This document shows positions 36,761 to 50,971 of a stretch of DNA of 64,000 nucleotides, one piece after another. This stretch comes from Schmidtea polychroa (Eukaryota). The stretch is from the NCBI GenBank assembly GCA_044892525.1, contig CM097885.1:200384001-200448000 (forward strand), in the 5' to 3' direction. The notes under the pieces were generated by a model, which saw only the letters and a list, made by a program, of their open reading frames with translations, searched no databases and had not been told where the DNA came from. The position numbers and the translations under genes were made by a program. How positions within the stretch are numbered: the stretch's first letter is position 1; each line of letters starts with the position of its first letter.

Positions 36761-39336
36761 CAGCGCTGTCCAACTTTTCTGTACATGTGTGCCAATTTTA
36801 TCTTTTTGTAGGTTTGGCGGGTCATATACTATAAATTTTAATTAAAAGTCATTTATAATTTTTTTTAGTATTTTATTAGTTGATAGTTCAAGAAAAAAAA
36901 GAAAAAAAATATTAACATAATATTTATTAATGTGAAAACTGCTTATTTATATGGGCAGCTACAAGAACTTCGATATTTATATCAATTTTAGTTGAAGAAA
37001 TTCTTAAAATTTCTTCTAGTGTTTTGTCGGTCATTGAATTTCTATATTTAGATTTGATATATTTCATGTCAGAAAATGCACGTTCACAAATATATCAAAT
37101 ATAAAAAAAATATAAAATAGAAATTAATTTTAAGCCCAAATCGCGCAATTTTGGATATTTGTCGTTTGGAAACATTTTGAATAAATTTACCCCTGTCTCC
37201 AGCCTTGATTTAAAAAATTCGTCAGCTTGCAATTCACATAATTCCATTTGATATTTAATATCGGTTTCTTCAACGTCGATGGTAGTCGGATTATTAAATA
37301 ATTTTAGTTCTGGTTTAATTGCATCAAAATCAGAAAATCTGGCATCAAAATCTTCAACCAATTTGTCCAACATGGGTACATAATCTTTCATGTTTAATTG
37401 TTGACCGATTTCTTGCATTTCGATAGCAAGTTCATTACAACACTCGAAGTGCACCAAATTGTTGTTAATCAAATGAGACCGAAGCAAACGTAACTTATTG
37501 CGGAATCCGATGATATGGCTTACCAGATGACTTATGTTTTGGTCTTTGCCTTGCAAGTTTTTGTTCAAAACATTCAAATATTCGGTAATATCTGCTAAAA
37601 ATGCTAATGAAATTAAAAATGTTTTTTCATTAAAACTGGCTATAAATGACGAATCCAATTCTGTTTCCATAAGAAAAAGTTTAATTTCTTTACGAAGTTG
37701 AAAAAATCTTTTAAGGCATTTCCTTGCACTTAACCAGCGAACTTGGCTATGCAAAAGTAGATCACCATATTGGGCATCAAGTTCTTCAAGAAATTGTTTG
37801 AATTTACGATGAATGAGTGCACGGTTTCCGCCTCTTATTGCATTTGTTATTTTAATAATTGTACTCATCCTGCAACTTAATCCCATAATGTTTCCACATA
37901 AAGCTTGCTGGTGAATAATGCAATGCAACATTTGACAATTAATACCATTTTGTTTTAGCAGTCCAGCGAGTCCTATATTTTTCCCGACCATTGATTTTGC
38001 TCCATCAGTTACAATGACAGTGCATTTTTCAAAACCACCATACATGCAAACAACATTTTTGAGTTCCTCATAAATATCTACACCTTTTGTTGTTGAATGT
38101 AGGGAAGCCAATTTCAGTAACTCCTCCGAAACATTAAAATCACCATCCACTGTACGTACAAAAATCAGCATTTGGCTGGTATGAGATATGTCGGTGCTTT
38201 CATCAAGCGCAATTGAAAAATATATACAATTTTTTACTATGTCGGCTAATTTTTCAACTAAGGTGTCCATATTTAAGATTCGTCTTGCAACGGTTTGGTG
38301 AAAAAGAGAAACTGACTCGAACTGTTTTGCCATTTTATCATCTCCAAATGCTTGAGCCATTTTAATTGCACACTTCTTAATAATTTCATCATCAGTAAAT
38401 GGCTTTTTGGCTTTGGCAATTTCTTTTGCAACTGCATAAGAAGCATAAACAGATGCATCCTGAGCCTTACATACGAGGGGGATAATTGATGTTTGCTGCT
38501 TAAATTGTTTTTTTAAATTTTCAAGTATGACGATTCTCGACTCACCATTATATTTCGAATATTTGTCTGCATGCTGTGATTGATAATGACGCTTCAGATT
38601 ATATTCTTTACATATAGTAGTATTCATCCGGCATATCAAACACAGATAAATTTCTTTCTGCTTCACAAACATATAATCAATTTCCCATCGTTCTTTAAAT
38701 TCCCGATTCTCACTCGTAATTTTTCGTATTTTTTTTGCACTCATTTTATGACAGTAGTAAATATTAATATTTGTAAATTTTAAATAATAAAATAAGTTCG
38801 CTTGAAATAATAAAAAACTAAAAAATTAAAAAAAAATTAAATACCAAATTTTTTAAATGTACTTACCTAATTTTATGTGTATATTAAGCAAATAAAATTT
38901 CACAATAAAAACAATCAAACACGCGTTTACAGATTTTAAAATTTAAATACATATGTATTTCATTGTACGTAATTAAACAACGTTTACAATTTTAAATAAA
39001 CTATGTCACTTGTGGGTATAGTTTCATGGCATACTAGCCTGGAAAAGAGTAATAAAAAATAGTACAAAATAGTATTGGCTATGCGTGTGTCATATAGTTG
39101 CGGAATTAAATATAGATCAGTAAAGTTTCATGACAAAAACTAGATTAGAAAGAAAAATAAGACAAATAATATTACTGATATAATGCTGGTCATATTTAAA
39201 ATTGACAAAAATTTTAAAAAAAAATTCCATTATACAGATATTTTTATTTTGTTAATAGGCCATAGAATATGATTATTTTTATTTTGTGAATAGGCCACAG
39301 AAAATGATGAGATGGGCCGCCAGTTGGACAGCGCTG
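36761..39336 (-). mobile_element. Full-length hAT (Buster/Charlie, GTF2IRD2/SPIN-like) transposon (2576 bp)
   Basis: Perfect 14-bp TIR CAGCGCTGTCCAAC; perfect 8-bp TSD CTTTAGAC (36753-36760, 39337-39344). Confidence 0.96.
36927..38744 (-). pseudogene. hAT transposase, ~605 codons with one premature TGA at 37095-37097
   Basis: Zinc finger (CLIC..NLKRHY..H), SIALDESTD, VTDGA, HCIIHQ, VRWLS; after the stop the same frame continues YICERAFSDMKYIKSKYRNSMTD..L to TAA 36927-36929. Confidence 0.92.
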
Positions 39337-40793
39337 CTTTAGACCATCTGTGTACCCATTGCGATGACCATATTGGTACTGTACACAATGGTTGAAAATC
39401 AATGACCAGGTGAGCTCTATTGCTAAAACTACTCATTGTATTTTCCTTCCGGGTTCTGGACTGTCGATAGAAGGTCTTACGTCATTATTCATTGTCTATT
39501 TCTATTGTTGGATCATTGACATGTCTAAATTTAACTATGATCCTTATTTCTGGATGTTTTCTAATGTTCTTTTCAAAATTTTGTGCAGCGATACGCCCTT
39601 ATTTTTCTGTCAATGAATGTTACTATGTATTTTCCGTACTATTTATGAAAATTTAACTTATCTTCCAAAAATTTTGAGCAGGGATCGGCCCTTATTTCCA
39701 AGTTAATAAATGTGGTTCCACACTTCCCATAAAATTTGAGCAGGGATCTGTATCTCTAATTCTGCCCTATTTGACATTCGTAGATTCTATAAGATTACCC
39801 AAACTGAATCTTATCTACCTACAACCGATCTTAGTTACTCTGTCACTACTCCTAACTCAATAATATTCATAAACGCAACGGTGACGGACTCGTCCTATTC
39901 TATCTATATTTAAAACAAGGCTCCAAACTGTCCAAAACGACTATATCCTCTCATCGACCCTATCTCTAACTATACACCATCGAAAGATGTGCCAAACTGG
40001 TCAGCATCTGCTATCCATTGGCACAAGTGCATACGGTTCACAAACGCATTCCAATCTGAGGGCATCCCTAAATCAGAAAAATATTCATAAAAATCAAATT
40101 AAATAACATTCCTGTAAATTAAGAATTACTAAAAATTCGCTTCGAATCGAATATTAAAAAGGAACAAAATAAAATTAAGATAACAAGCAAGAAATTAACC
40201 AAACTAAATTTACTATCACATTTAATTAACTCATAACAATTATACGTTACATAGAATTAATCATAACATTAAATTACTAAAATCCTATCTAACTTGCCGC
40301 GATAGCAAGAACCGAGGAACTGAGAGTGCCTAGCAATGTCCAATCAGAATGCGATAAATTTTGAATTACTTTTGCATGCATGCATGAGTGTGTGTAATTA
40401 TTTATTTTTAATTTTATTAATTTAATTAATCAAAATTTTTTAATTTTTATTAATTTTTACGATTTAGTTTTATAAATTTTATAAATTATATAATTTTACT
40501 ACTTTTATTTTAAATTTTTATTATTTTATCAGTTTACTGGATATTTTAGTTTCAATTTTAAATTTATTTATTTAAAACATTTTCATATTATTAATTTATT
40601 ATTATTTTATTTTCAAGTTGGTAGATTTTTCGGATGCAATATTTCTCCTAACTGTGTTGGTGATTGCAACTTCTTGAGTTCCTTTATTTTATTATACGTG
40701 TTTATCTCTATATAAATTTTTATTGTATTTAATTTTAGAAAAAAACCCTCTGATGTCAGGGAAATTTTTTGCTGTTATGTATTTACTATAAAA

Positions 40794-41330
40794 TTAAATT
40801 TTTGGAATCGTGGGGTATATATTTTTCAAATCAGTATTGTATTGCAGATCAATTAATTCCATTTGTAAGGTTTCTGAAACGGTGCAAACATCAACACCAA
40901 ATGGAGAGCTGAACATCTGAAATGATTTCTCACAATCTACCAGTTCTGAAAAACGAGTATTAAGGTTTTTTATTTCGTATTCAAATTTAGAAAAATTCTT
41001 AATATTTCTTTCTTTCAATAATGGAAAATGTTGTGCATTGTTATTTTTAAGTTGGCTTTCGAACAACAATAATCTCATTTGGAATGCTTTAGTCAGATTA
41101 CAAGCTTAATAGGTAGTTAGTAGCCCGCTGCAGCACTGATTCAATTTTTCTATAATATCTACCAAAAAATATAAATCTTTCAACCACTCTTCATTTCCTA
41201 ATTCTGGAACAGGCACATTCTCCTCGATCATAAAAAATTCAATTTCTTCCCGTAGCTCAAAAAATCGTCCTAAACATTTTCCTCGACTCAACCATCTAAC
41301 ATTTGGTAAAATAAACGATGTCCCCATACA
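40794..41330 (-). pseudogene. Second, fragmentary hAT (SPIN/GTF2IRD2-like) transposase remnant
   Basis: VRWLSRGKCLGRFFELREEI..WLKDLYFLVDI..KLN and LQMELIDLQ motifs in broken frames. Confidence 0.8.
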
Positions 41331-44300
41331 CAGATTCTATTCTGCTAAAGTATGCCTTAAATTGGCGATGTTGAAGGGCATGCGATCAAATATATTTAAC
41401 GGAATTTAGATAACAGCTCACCCGTTCCCTGATTTTCAAAGACAGTGTGCAGTACCAACATAACGGAGATCATGGGTACACTGGTAGGGAGTTTGTAAAT
41501 CATGGGTGTTCTTTTAAGAGCCAATAAACCGTCTAGTAGTCTTCTCTATTTTTTTTACCAAAACGCCAACTATAGCAAGTTTTGTTTTATTCATCATTAC
41601 TCCTTTTATATTTCTTTATACAATCTTCAACAAAAAGGTTGTACAGTACTTATTTAACACATTAATGAATGGAAGGATTATTGGTCAACATAAAAATTTA
41701 TTAAATATTAATTAATTTAATTTTTGTTAGACTATGTGTACCGAGTATTAATTGTATCTATTTAAATAAAATATAAATTTTTAGTCCTTTATATAAAATT
41801 TTTATTTACATACCGTACTTATTAAATTCTAATTTAATTAATATACAATATTTAAATTAGTTAATATGCCTTATTCAACTTCTTTTATAATATTATTATA
41901 ATATATTATTGCATTATTATTGTATTTTGATAAATAGTTAAAACAAAACAAAATCTTTATTATTCAAAATTCCATGTTCCTTCACTCAGTGTTTTGGCGA
42001 GGTTCATTGTTTGAGCCTTTCATTTCATGGATATTAATTTTAATATGAACAAAATCCTTTTAATTTTTAAGTTTCTATATTTGGATATTATTGTTTAGAA
42101 ATAATTCATGGAAAAATAGTAGGAATAATTCTTTATATTATTATTAATATTACCTATAACCCGGTAAAATTACAGCCTATTTCATTTTTAAATTTCAGCT
42201 TAAAATAATCAATTATTTTTATGTCCCAGCAGTATATAAATCAAAACACATCATTCTCTTTTAAAAAACAATTGTGTATAAAAAATAATATTCCATAACT
42301 AATAATTAAATAGTATTCTCTTTAAGCCTTTAAATAGCGTTGTAATAATAATTATAATTTTTAATTTTAGTTATTTTTATAAACAATTTTTTTCACAATA
42401 TTAAAAATATTATTATTAATAAGATGCACATTAAATAATAAATAAGCAGCACTGGCGGCATCATTAAATATGAATATGACAGTCTAATAATAATAATAAT
42501 CATAATTCTAAAACTATATGTCCCACACAAATCAAATGTTTCTTAAACGCATAAATGACAGCCAACTCTAATAAGATAAACACTTTTATGCATTTATTCA
42601 TTATGACGTAATCGAAATTACAACGGATTTCCGTCACAGAATCTGATGAATGGCCAGATCTCAGATGAGTGATAAACTAGAAAAATAATAGTGAAAAATA
42701 ATAATAATTTAACTTTCTAAAGTATGCAGCTGATTGATAGATAGTCACGTATTAGTGGTGACACTGTGACTGACCCTGATACTACTATTGCCACTGCTAT
42801 TATCGCTGTCCCTGCTATTATCACTGCCCCTGCCCGCGCCACTACTACTCTGTCACTACTACAAGTGTCACTGACTATGACGCTGCGATAGCTTTTAGCC
42901 TTTATCGCGATGATCAAACCAAGATCACCAAAGGTATGTTTTCAATCAGAAGTGACCAAACAGATTTTAGATATTATTTTATCTTTAATGTTAACTAGTT
43001 CAGCCAAAGATTAAATTTTTGAGATCTTCATTTAGAAATATTTAGAATGTTTCGCGACCTAAATCTTATATGAAATTTTGCCAATATGAAATATTGCCAA
43101 ATTTTTACATTTTTTTTGTGGAAATTATTTCCATTAAGTTTTTAATTCTATAGTTTTTATATTTTTTCGTCACGAATAATTGCAAATTTTCATTATTTAA
43201 ATCATCAGCTTTAGCTGAAAAGCCTGAAGAAATATCCCATTGTTTTGTCCTCTCACTTTTTTTAATAATTCTAACACTAAGCATTTTTTACCTTCCACAT
43301 TTTCATTGTTTTCAACCATGACTTTATACTTTGCTTTAGTTTTTTTCTTTCCAAAAATAAAAAATTTCAGAGATTTTAAAATGTTTTTTTATATTCAGAT
43401 CCAAAAAATTTCATACAGCTGTTAACCGTCATTTTTGGCCATATTTTATAATTTTTCGAAAAATTTTATTCTGAGAATGAAAATTATATTTTCCAACTTT
43501 TTAAAATTAATTAATTATAATTTCAAATACATGCAAAAGATGATGTACTTTTAACATAAAAAGGTCAGTATGTGTAAAAGATAAACTCCAATCCAAATAT
43601 ACCAAGATTTTATCCAGATCCCATTTTTAGAGGATTTAAATTTTTTGTTTAAATGAAGTGATTTAAAAATTTTTAATAAATGAATTATTTTTCGTTAAAA
43701 TAAATCTAAAAAGATATTCTCAGTAAAATGACTTAAAAGAAAATCTATTTTTTTGTTTTTATTATCACCTTTATCTCTTTATAAAAGCAAATAATAACAA
43801 TTCATAAAGGCAAAACCGAAAATTTATGTTGCATTGAATTAATTTTTAATTTTTTTTGTCAGAATGAAAATAAAAGAAGTATTATCATAAAAAGAAATTC
43901 TCATTTAAATAAAGATTCTAACAATTGATGGGGTCATAAAAGTTATAAATTATTAAGGATTAATAATAATTTATAATTTAATTATTATGACTGAATTCTA
44001 ATTATATAAATTCATTTCTCAGTCAAATTGGCACTGATTTACAGATTCAATTTACTGAATGCGGAAACGTGATCAAACTATCGGGTAAGCCATTTATATT
44101 TTATTTTCTTTCGAAAATAAATACATTTTACTACTGTCAATTTAGTCATTGATTCATTCACTAGGAAGTTGCGATAAATGGAGGTCCATCGAATAGAAAG
44201 TTCAGTAAAGTGTGGAGGAGTTTATGGTAAAGTGCATAATTTTCATGAACGTTTAAACTTATAGTAATCAATTACATTCCAGACTTTGTTTATTGGAACT

Positions 44301-44611
44301 AGATTGTAAATAATGCGCTGTCAAAGTGATTTAGAATCAACAGATGAACGGAACGGATCTTACTACATATGCTAGTCAAGCACTTCTGGATTTAAATAAA
44401 ATTTATAACAAACACGGTTTCTACGAGTCATGATAAACAAACGGAGAAAAGTGGATAAAATGAACCGATTAATATAAATTTTATTTTAAATTAATTTTCT
44501 ATGAAAAATAACAAAACAAATATCAAACACATTTTTTCTAGAAATTTTTGTTTGATTGTAATTGGATTAAGTAATATTAATTTTTTTATTTTATAAAAGA
44601 GATAAAACAAC

Positions 44612-44675
44612 GGTCCGAGTGGTGGAGTTGTCAACCTGTGTGAAACAGTCACTGGGTTCGACCCGGGGTGGGATC
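44612..44675 (+). other. tRNA-like element (SINE head or tRNA pseudogene)
   Basis: A-box-like TGGTGGAGTTG, B-box-like GGTTCGACCC and a 6/7 acceptor-like stem; anticodon and T loops non-canonical. Confidence 0.4.
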
Positions 44676-45017
44676 AACTTATTTACATATTACTAATGGA
44701 GACCGAAAAACTTGAAACTAGTTTGCCGTTAGAAATCATGCTGAATATCACTTTAAGAGCTTTGTTTTATTTAGTAAGTCATTCGAAAACTATAATATGT
44801 AATTTGTTACATTTATGTGATTTATGAAAGTTTATGCACAAAAAAGAGATTGTAAAATATTTTATTGTCAAAACTCTACTTGTAACTGTTGTACTTATAA
44901 TTTCCTTATAATGACAAAGAAACTTAAAATAAGTTTCTGATAGAAATAATCATAAATAGTAATTTTCCAATAATTCATAACAAAAATTCAAATTTAATAA
45001 TAAGACGAATAAATAGT

Positions 45018-45282
45018 AGCTTTTGTCTCTCATCAGTACTATGTAGGAGACGCGAAGATTTCTATTCGCGCCAGCTAATTATAGTACATTGTTGATTAAA
45101 CTCTATTGCATCCTTTCCTTGGTACACTGAAAATCACATCGCTTGCATCTTTAGCTTGATCACAGAAAAAATATCTGCAAACTTGCAAACATGGCGTATG
45201 AAAAATCATTTTCACCTCTGTGAACTGAAAAAGTCGAGAAATCTTCGCATCTCTTGCATAATACTGATGAGAGCTAAAAGCT
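45018..45282. mobile_element. MITE-like element with 46-bp imperfect inverted arms; related inverted partial copy at 52456-52546
   Basis: agcttttgtctctcatcagta...gaagatttct (45018-45063) vs reverse complement of 45237-45282. Confidence 0.6.
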
Positions 45283-46982
45283 CGAAACTAGTATACTATT
45301 GGGACTTGCATTGGGTATCACAAAGCTTATGGTGTTTAATTGTTTTGTTTAATTTTACAAAAAAGTATATATTACATTTAAATAATAATACTATTTTCAA
45401 AATTATTTAAATTAAAATTATATAAAAATTAAATTTATTAAATTTTATCGATGAAAAAAAGATCAGTAAAAATTTATTTTGTTTAAATTGAAGTAATATT
45501 TTATTTTTTTGGAATTAATGTCATTTTAAATAGCAAGTAATGACTTTTTATAGTAAAAAATAATTCCCATTTAAATTATAGATGTAATGAAGATCTTGAA
45601 ATTGAATTTGAAATATTGATTATTTTGCATAAGATGATCAATTTAAATCTCCTGGTTATTTTATGGAATCAACATCAGTGGAATGTACGAACAAACTCAA
45701 TATTATCTTTTATGAAATGTGGCGAATTAAGCTCTAGTTAGGCTCTCAGCATTTGTATATTATATTATTTTTAATATAAAACACATAAATTTAAAATCAA
45801 TTTCTAAACAATTAAATTAATCAGAATTTCCTAATTTATTCCTACTAATTTTTTTCTTTTTGTAATAAATTGATAAAAAAATATTAAAATTAAAGAAAAT
45901 TACATCCAGTTTATTATAATAACTTGACAAAATATATTTGCACTCCATAAATGTTCATGATAAAACGATAAAAGAATACTTTCATGTAGTACACTGTTTT
46001 TCATAACATAAAGTCGCGTACACGAGTTAATGCTGATATGTGATTTGCCAGAATAAAATCAAAACAAGCGATTATTAATCGAATAAAAGCAACGTAGTTT
46101 ATTGTATGGGAGCTAATCAGCTAAATGGTTTACTATGCCACTATAACCGCTCGCCAATAATGTTATTAAAATTCCCCTTCACGTGTTTACAACCGTGAAA
46201 ATCGCCTGATGTTATTTCCGATCATGTAAAACAAGAATAATATAATTATAATATAATTATAATAAAATAATGTAAACCTGACTGCAGAACATTTTTAGAA
46301 TTTTATGATTATTTTGCCCAGAGTGGGATCGGCTTTTTCATTAAGAGCCGAAAATAAATTTAAAATATCGAAGTGGTACTTTTGAAAGGATCTTGTATTT
46401 GATCAAAAATCAAAATTGTTAAAAGTAGAAGAAAAACATCCATTAAAACTAAACATTGTTGAGCAAACAAGTATTTACCAGTTCCAACATAACACTCGAC
46501 CTAGTACTGAAAAGTGCATCATGAAGTTTTGTAGACTCGAAATGTATGTATTATTCATTATTGGTGGAAATAAATGTAAAACTAACCATATAGTATTATT
46601 GGTCAACAAGTCAAATTTTCGAAACTCCAACGATTCCTAAATTATTTACAATTCTTTATTATTGCGTTATTTTCATTTCCAAGATTGCTCAACATATGTC
46701 AATGTCAACTAATATTTGATTTGCTCAAGTCAAAGTTTTCTTCGCCGATATTACTTTTTCAAAAGGCTTGTACTAATGAAAGTTCCATTTAAAAGAAGTG
46801 GATTTAGTGTGGAAATTTTTTTACAATGTGCTTGTGAAAATAAATATCTAATCAACTTAGTATTGGGTTTACACAGGTACTTGTCCAATAACATATGATT
46901 TTGGGATTTCTAGAGCTATTGTTCAAAACCCTATAAATAAATATCTTGATGAAGTCAAATTAATAGAATGCCTTTATCCAGA

Positions 46983-47063
<81 letters not shown>
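46983..47063. repeat. (TAT)27 microsatellite
   Basis: Directly visible. Confidence 0.97.
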
Positions 47064-47587
47064 GTCATTATTATTATGACAAAGAATGGAGGTCCATTTA
47101 AACTTTTGTACAATCTAAATATTACAGGACAAGGATCAAATAGATCAATATATAAAAGGAGAGTAGATGAACAGATCCTGACTCAATCCTCAAATTCTCA
47201 AATTTCTAGTTTATAGTTATGAAAAACAATTTTAATGAAATCTATGTAAAGGTAAATATAGGGTGTACGGCATAACATCATTTAAAAAATAATTAATACA
47301 TTATAATAATAATAGTATGCAATGTTATATTTCGTATTTTATTATAGTTAATTAAAAATACCATATGATGCTATTATTTAACTGCAATATTTTGATTCCA
47401 ATTACAAGAAAAATTTCCGGCATATCTTTGAAATTCGTTCCATTCATTCCATTATTTCTAATAGAAATTTTCTATTATAATGCATGCAAATTATATTCTA
47501 ATTTTCGATATATTTAATTTAGATTATTATTTTAATTTCTGTTTATAATGCGTGCAAGTTATGTAATATTTCAATTATGGAAATAAT

Positions 47588-48001
47588 CAGTGCTCGAAGT
47601 GGAACAAAATATGTGCCGGGATAGGCGTGCTGTGGCACCCGGGATTCCAGGCTTTTATGCAGAAATTTTCAGTTGGGGGTGTTGCAAAACTTTGGGGGGT
47701 GTCCAACAAATTTTTTTTGGAGGGGGATGTCGCCCCATTTAATCATAAGTTTCAGGGGGTGTACCTGTTTTAATGTGGGAGGGGTGTCAAACAATTTTAG
47801 AGAGAATAAAGAATATATATATACATACATATATGGATGTACTATGTGTGACCTTAATTGCAGTATTTGTGTGCCTATAAAATGAAATAAGTACCGGGAT
47901 AAACCTATAGATTATATGAAATGAAGTGCCGGGATGCAATTCCGCCTAAATAATCAATGCCGGGATAATATCCCGGCTATCCCGCCTCACTTCGAGCACT
48001 G
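47588..48001. mobile_element. hAT MITE (414 bp)
   Basis: Perfect 14-bp TIR CAGTGCTCGAAGTG; perfect 8-bp TSD GAAATAAT (47580-47587, 48002-48009). Confidence 0.93.
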
Positions 48002-48199
48002 GAAATAATACGAAGAAAATCAATATAATTACAGCAGTAAAAATTCATAATTTTCTTACAAAAATTACACGTATCTGTGTACATTAGTAAATTTTGTTTT
48101 AATAAAAGTTTTTAGACAGAAACGTCTTTGTTTTTATTTATATATGATACCAGTAAACGTTGAAGTTTTAAATATACGTATTTGAGACCTAAACAATGA

Positions 48200-48427
48200 N
48201 NNNNNNNNNNNNNNNNNNNNNNNNNNNNNNNNNNNNNNNNNNNNNNNNNNNNNNNNNNNNNNNNNNNNNNNNNNNNNNNNNNNNNNNNNNNNNNNNNNNN
48301 NNNNNNNNNNNNNNNNNNNNNNNNNNNNNNNNNNNNNNNNNNNNNNNNNNNNNNNNNNNNNNNNNNNNNNNNNNNNNNNNNNNNNNNNNNNNNNNNNNNN
48401 NNNNNNNNNNNNNNNNNNNNNNNNNNN
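48200..48427. other. Assembly gap (228 N)
   Basis: N run. Confidence 1.
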
Positions 48428-49559
48428 TATTATTCGAAAAATTGTCAAAAAACATTTTAAAACCAAAAAAAAATTGTTTGAAGACCTTCATGAGGAGGTT
48501 TACTATATTTACAACACAACCATTTTACTTTTGTCCCAGAAATGATGCAATATCAATATGACGAAGAACTAGAATACTAAAGAACATCTTTATTAGTTCT
48601 TTATTTCGAAATTTTCATAAAAATACTTACTTTTAACAAACTTTCAATCAAAAATTTCCATTAATAAAAAATTTCAAAATTGAGGGTCCCACAAGGATTA
48701 ATTAAAACTAAAAGCCAAAGATTATATTTAAAACTAATTTTTATTTGAAATTTATTTATTTAAATTTTGAAATGAATCATAATTTAAAATTTTAAAAATA
48801 ATATTTTTTTTTCATTATTTAAACGGAAAAATTAATATTATCTTTATTTAGTAAAAGATGCACAAAACAATACCAAAATAGTTATTATTTCATAATAAAA
48901 TTTTGAAGTCAATAAAGAAAAATACCATTTTTAATGGTACACCAAATGTATATTAATATGTATATTATATGTATGTTTAAATGTATGACCAAGACGGCTT
49001 GTATGAAACGAAAATTTGTCTAATTAGATTTTAGTAAAATGATACAATGACCTTTGTCAGTATATTTAATGGACTTTCTCAGCCATATAATCGTACTAGG
49101 TATAGTTCAGCCAGGATACTTATTCCATTTGGGAGATCCCTATCGGATTTGAATCATTTATATAATAAATTCTCCTTATTATAAGAACCTCTTTCAATTT
49201 TCATCTCTGATTTCTTTTCAATTGACATTGTATTTATTAAAATATTGACTATGAATTAGTAAAGATATCGATGTTCTTTTCGATATTCATGAATTTTCAG
49301 CACAGCCTTTTTCAATTGATTTTGATTTTAATTTTTGAGGGTCAAAATAAAATGATTAAAAATTGTAATTGTAGTACTTTTATATATTTTCCTAAACAAT
49401 GTCAGGTTTGCACAGGAAAAGACAGAGATGGAAAATTGTGTGGTTGGCAACGAAAAAAGAAAAAGATGAATTATTACTTGGAATGCAGCTTAAGCTAAAG
49501 CGACGAAGTCGATATCAATAATCCTGGTACTTGAACTGGAATTATAACTGATGAATTTT

Positions 49560-50050
49560 TACAAAATAATGTGACACAAGTAAAAAAAGAAAGGTAAAAT
49601 TACAAAGTTTTTATGAAAATTAACGAATTGGGAACGTCAGTAATGAAGATGATTACCCTATTCAATGTACAAAAATGCCACATTGTGTTACGCGTGTAAG
49701 TTATTCTCTTTAAATATCACTTTTCTGCGTTTCACTTGCCTTTACGAAAATCATGAAAGATCAGAATATCATTTATAGGTTATGCACAAATTGTTACGAC
49801 TTGAAAAGAATTTGAAATTAGAAAGCACTTTTGACAAGTAACATTACGCAATAATTAAAAACGAAACACAGCATACTAAATGTGTTTGTGAAAGAATAGT
49901 GAGTGCAATTTTTTATTTACTAGAGAGTAATTTAGTGTTCAAGGGAAGTAATAATCCTTTATATACATGGAACAGCGATAATTTCGTAGATCTCATAGAA
50001 TTTATAGCAAGATTTAACCCAATCATGAAACAACATTGGGATCATTGAGT
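49560..50050 (+). pseudogene. Possible ZMYM1/hAT-like transposase remnant
   Basis: Broken frames give LCYACKLFS-like and NFVDLIEFIARFNPIMKQH-like segments. Confidence 0.4.
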
Positions 50051-50751
50051 AGAGTCAATGTAATAATAATAATAATATTATCAATAATAATATATAATAA
50101 TAATAATAATATTATCAACGAATTTGGTATAAAACATGTTGGAAAATGAAACAAAAATCACATATTGTAACCTTATTCTAGTAAGTCGCATACCACACTG
50201 CAGTTTATAAGTGTAGTGTCTGCTGAAAAACTCCTTTTTTATATATTAAATTATATATATTAGATTGTATATTAAAATTTTCGAGTGCATTTTGTTTGAA
50301 TAATATAAATTATATTTTAACCCACGTTTTAAGAAACATGCTCAAGTACAACTTTTCTAACTCAAACATTTCGAATCCAAATATTTTCAATTCAAGTATT
50401 TCTAACCAAATTATTTCTATGTTGCTTATTTACAATCAAAACATTAACAATTCAAACTATTCAAAAATTTCAAATTCAAACACTTTCGATCCACACATGC
50501 CTTATCGAGGATTTGGTATCCTTTCTGAAGTCGAACAAGCCGAACAAATCCACAGAGTTGAAGATAATTTTGGAATTAATAAAATGTTATACTACGTTAC
50601 ATTTAATAGTCATCTATTTTTCCAATTATTAGGTTTCTGTGTCTTATTAAATGGCATATTTTTGTTATTTTGACAAATTACACTCTGATATACGGTCTAA
50701 TCTTTTTGTTGAATTTCATATTTAATCCCTTTTTCTTTGTATTCAATTTAA

Positions 50752-50971
50752 CCCTTAAACCACTGAAATAGAATTACGAAGAATTTTGTTCTCAACCAAA
50801 CTGAACGTTACAAGCAAACTATGTTTTTGAACGTGTTCAAACCTGCAAGGTGTGGTGGGGAGTTTTACAGACGAAAAACAGTCTTACTGGTTGGAACGCG
50901 AAAATGTTTTGATTTGAATTGAAAGGGGTTTTTATGATGACCGTCTGTAAACGGTTTTAGTTGTTAAAGGG
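50752..50971. mobile_element. piggyBac-type MITE (220 bp)
   Basis: TTAA at 50748-50751 and 50972-50975; ends CCCTTAAACCACTG / CCCTTTAACAACTA (11/14). Confidence 0.7.

Larger units (their letters stand above)
36653..40700 (-). repeat. Older diverged LTR-family copy, interrupted by the hAT element; right end not found
   Basis: Starts TGTTGG at 36653; colinear similarity to the young LTR on both sides of the hAT (39345-39500; ccaatcag...gcatgcatgagtgtgtg at ~40340-40395). Confidence 0.75.

Noticed and set aside
42717-42917. Ser/Thr/Ala-rich low-complexity frame
   Set aside because: No start or splice support and no family match; may be simple-repeat decay.
46968-47216. 82-aa poly-tyrosine ORF
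   Set aside because: Translation of the (TAT)27 microsatellite.
48134-48561. ORFs containing X runs
   Set aside because: Artefacts of the N gap.
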